A program made the position numbers and the translations under genes. Shown in pieces: positions 63,649 to 64,000 of a stretch of 64,000 bases of DNA. The DNA comes from an uncultured Holophaga sp. (GTDB taxonomy: Bacteria; Acidobacteriota; Holophagae; Holophagales; Holophagaceae). Position 1 is the stretch's first letter. Each line of letters starts with the position of its first letter. Under the pieces are notes generated by a model. That model saw only the letters and a list, made by a program, of their open reading frames with translations, was not told where the DNA came from and ran no database searches. The stretch lies in contig OY761614.1 in assembly GCA_963664825.1 (NCBI GenBank), positions 3,104,001-3,168,000 on the forward strand, read 5' to 3'.

Positions 63649-64000
63649 TTAGGGCCTGCTGTACATCCGGATCACCCTCTCGATGGCGGCCTGGCAGGCC
63701 GCGCAGAAGGGCACATCGTTCCGGGAGAACATGATGCAGTCCTCCTGGGCGCGGAAGTAGCCCGTGGCCTCGTAATTGGCGCCTTCGAAGGCCCCCACCT
63801 TGCCGGACCACGCGTCGGTGCCCAGCAGTTTCCCCTCGCTGGCCTTCACCCGGAGCATGAGGGTCTCCATCTCGGATTCCGGGCGGTTCTCGGCCCGGAT
63901 CTGCCGCCGCTCCTGCTGGTAGGCGTAGCTGGCCTTTTCGAAGGCCTGCTTCTTCCAGGGGGAGGGCAGGGGCACGCCGGGGTTCAGCAAGGCCTTCCAC
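63649..64000 (-). CDS. 3' end of an M64 family (IgA peptidase-like) metallopeptidase, truncated by the window end
   Basis: VGAFEGANY...GYFRAQEDCIMF...FCAACQAAIERVI, recalled as the M64 C-terminal signature. Confidence 0.8.
   Translation of the reverse strand, partial: WKALLNPGVPLPSPWKKQAFEKASYAYQQERRQIRAENRPESEMETLMLRVKASEGKLLGTDAWSGKVGAFEGANYEATGYFRAQEDCIMFSRNDVPFCAACQAAIERVIRMYSRP

Overview
GC-rich bacterial chromosomal window. Gene content (futalosine-pathway mqnA, CIRCE-controlled groESL, glyQS, DUF4388/TPR proteins, [FeFe]-hydrogenase maturases) suggests an anaerobic Holophagae-type acidobacterium or a deltaproteobacterium-like organism; this is an inference. About 50 CDSs are mostly housekeeping, and no rRNA, tRNA, CRISPR array or intact transposase was seen. 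Four observations stand out. (1) A tightly coupled hydF-hydE-hydE'-threonine aldolase-CDF transporter operon has no hydG in the window; its two HydE paralogues differ in the auxiliary Fe-S motif, and it is flanked by a hemerythrin and a fused HcnAB/SoxA-like flavo-Fe-S oxidoreductase with an HcnC/SoxB-like partner. (2) A 93-bp double-hairpin element is inserted in frame inside hydE', with a related intergenic copy 8 kb away. (3) An 11-bp-period direct repeat TCGC-N7-TCGC lies in the promoters of both imuB-dnaE2 and uvrB and is a candidate DNA-damage operator. (4) There is a ~1,825-aa single-chain biotin-dependent carboxylase. A decayed beta-helix lipoprotein gene, a short oxidoreductase remnant and several candidate leaderless genes were also found. 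All calls come from reading the sequence and recalling motifs; no database search was run.
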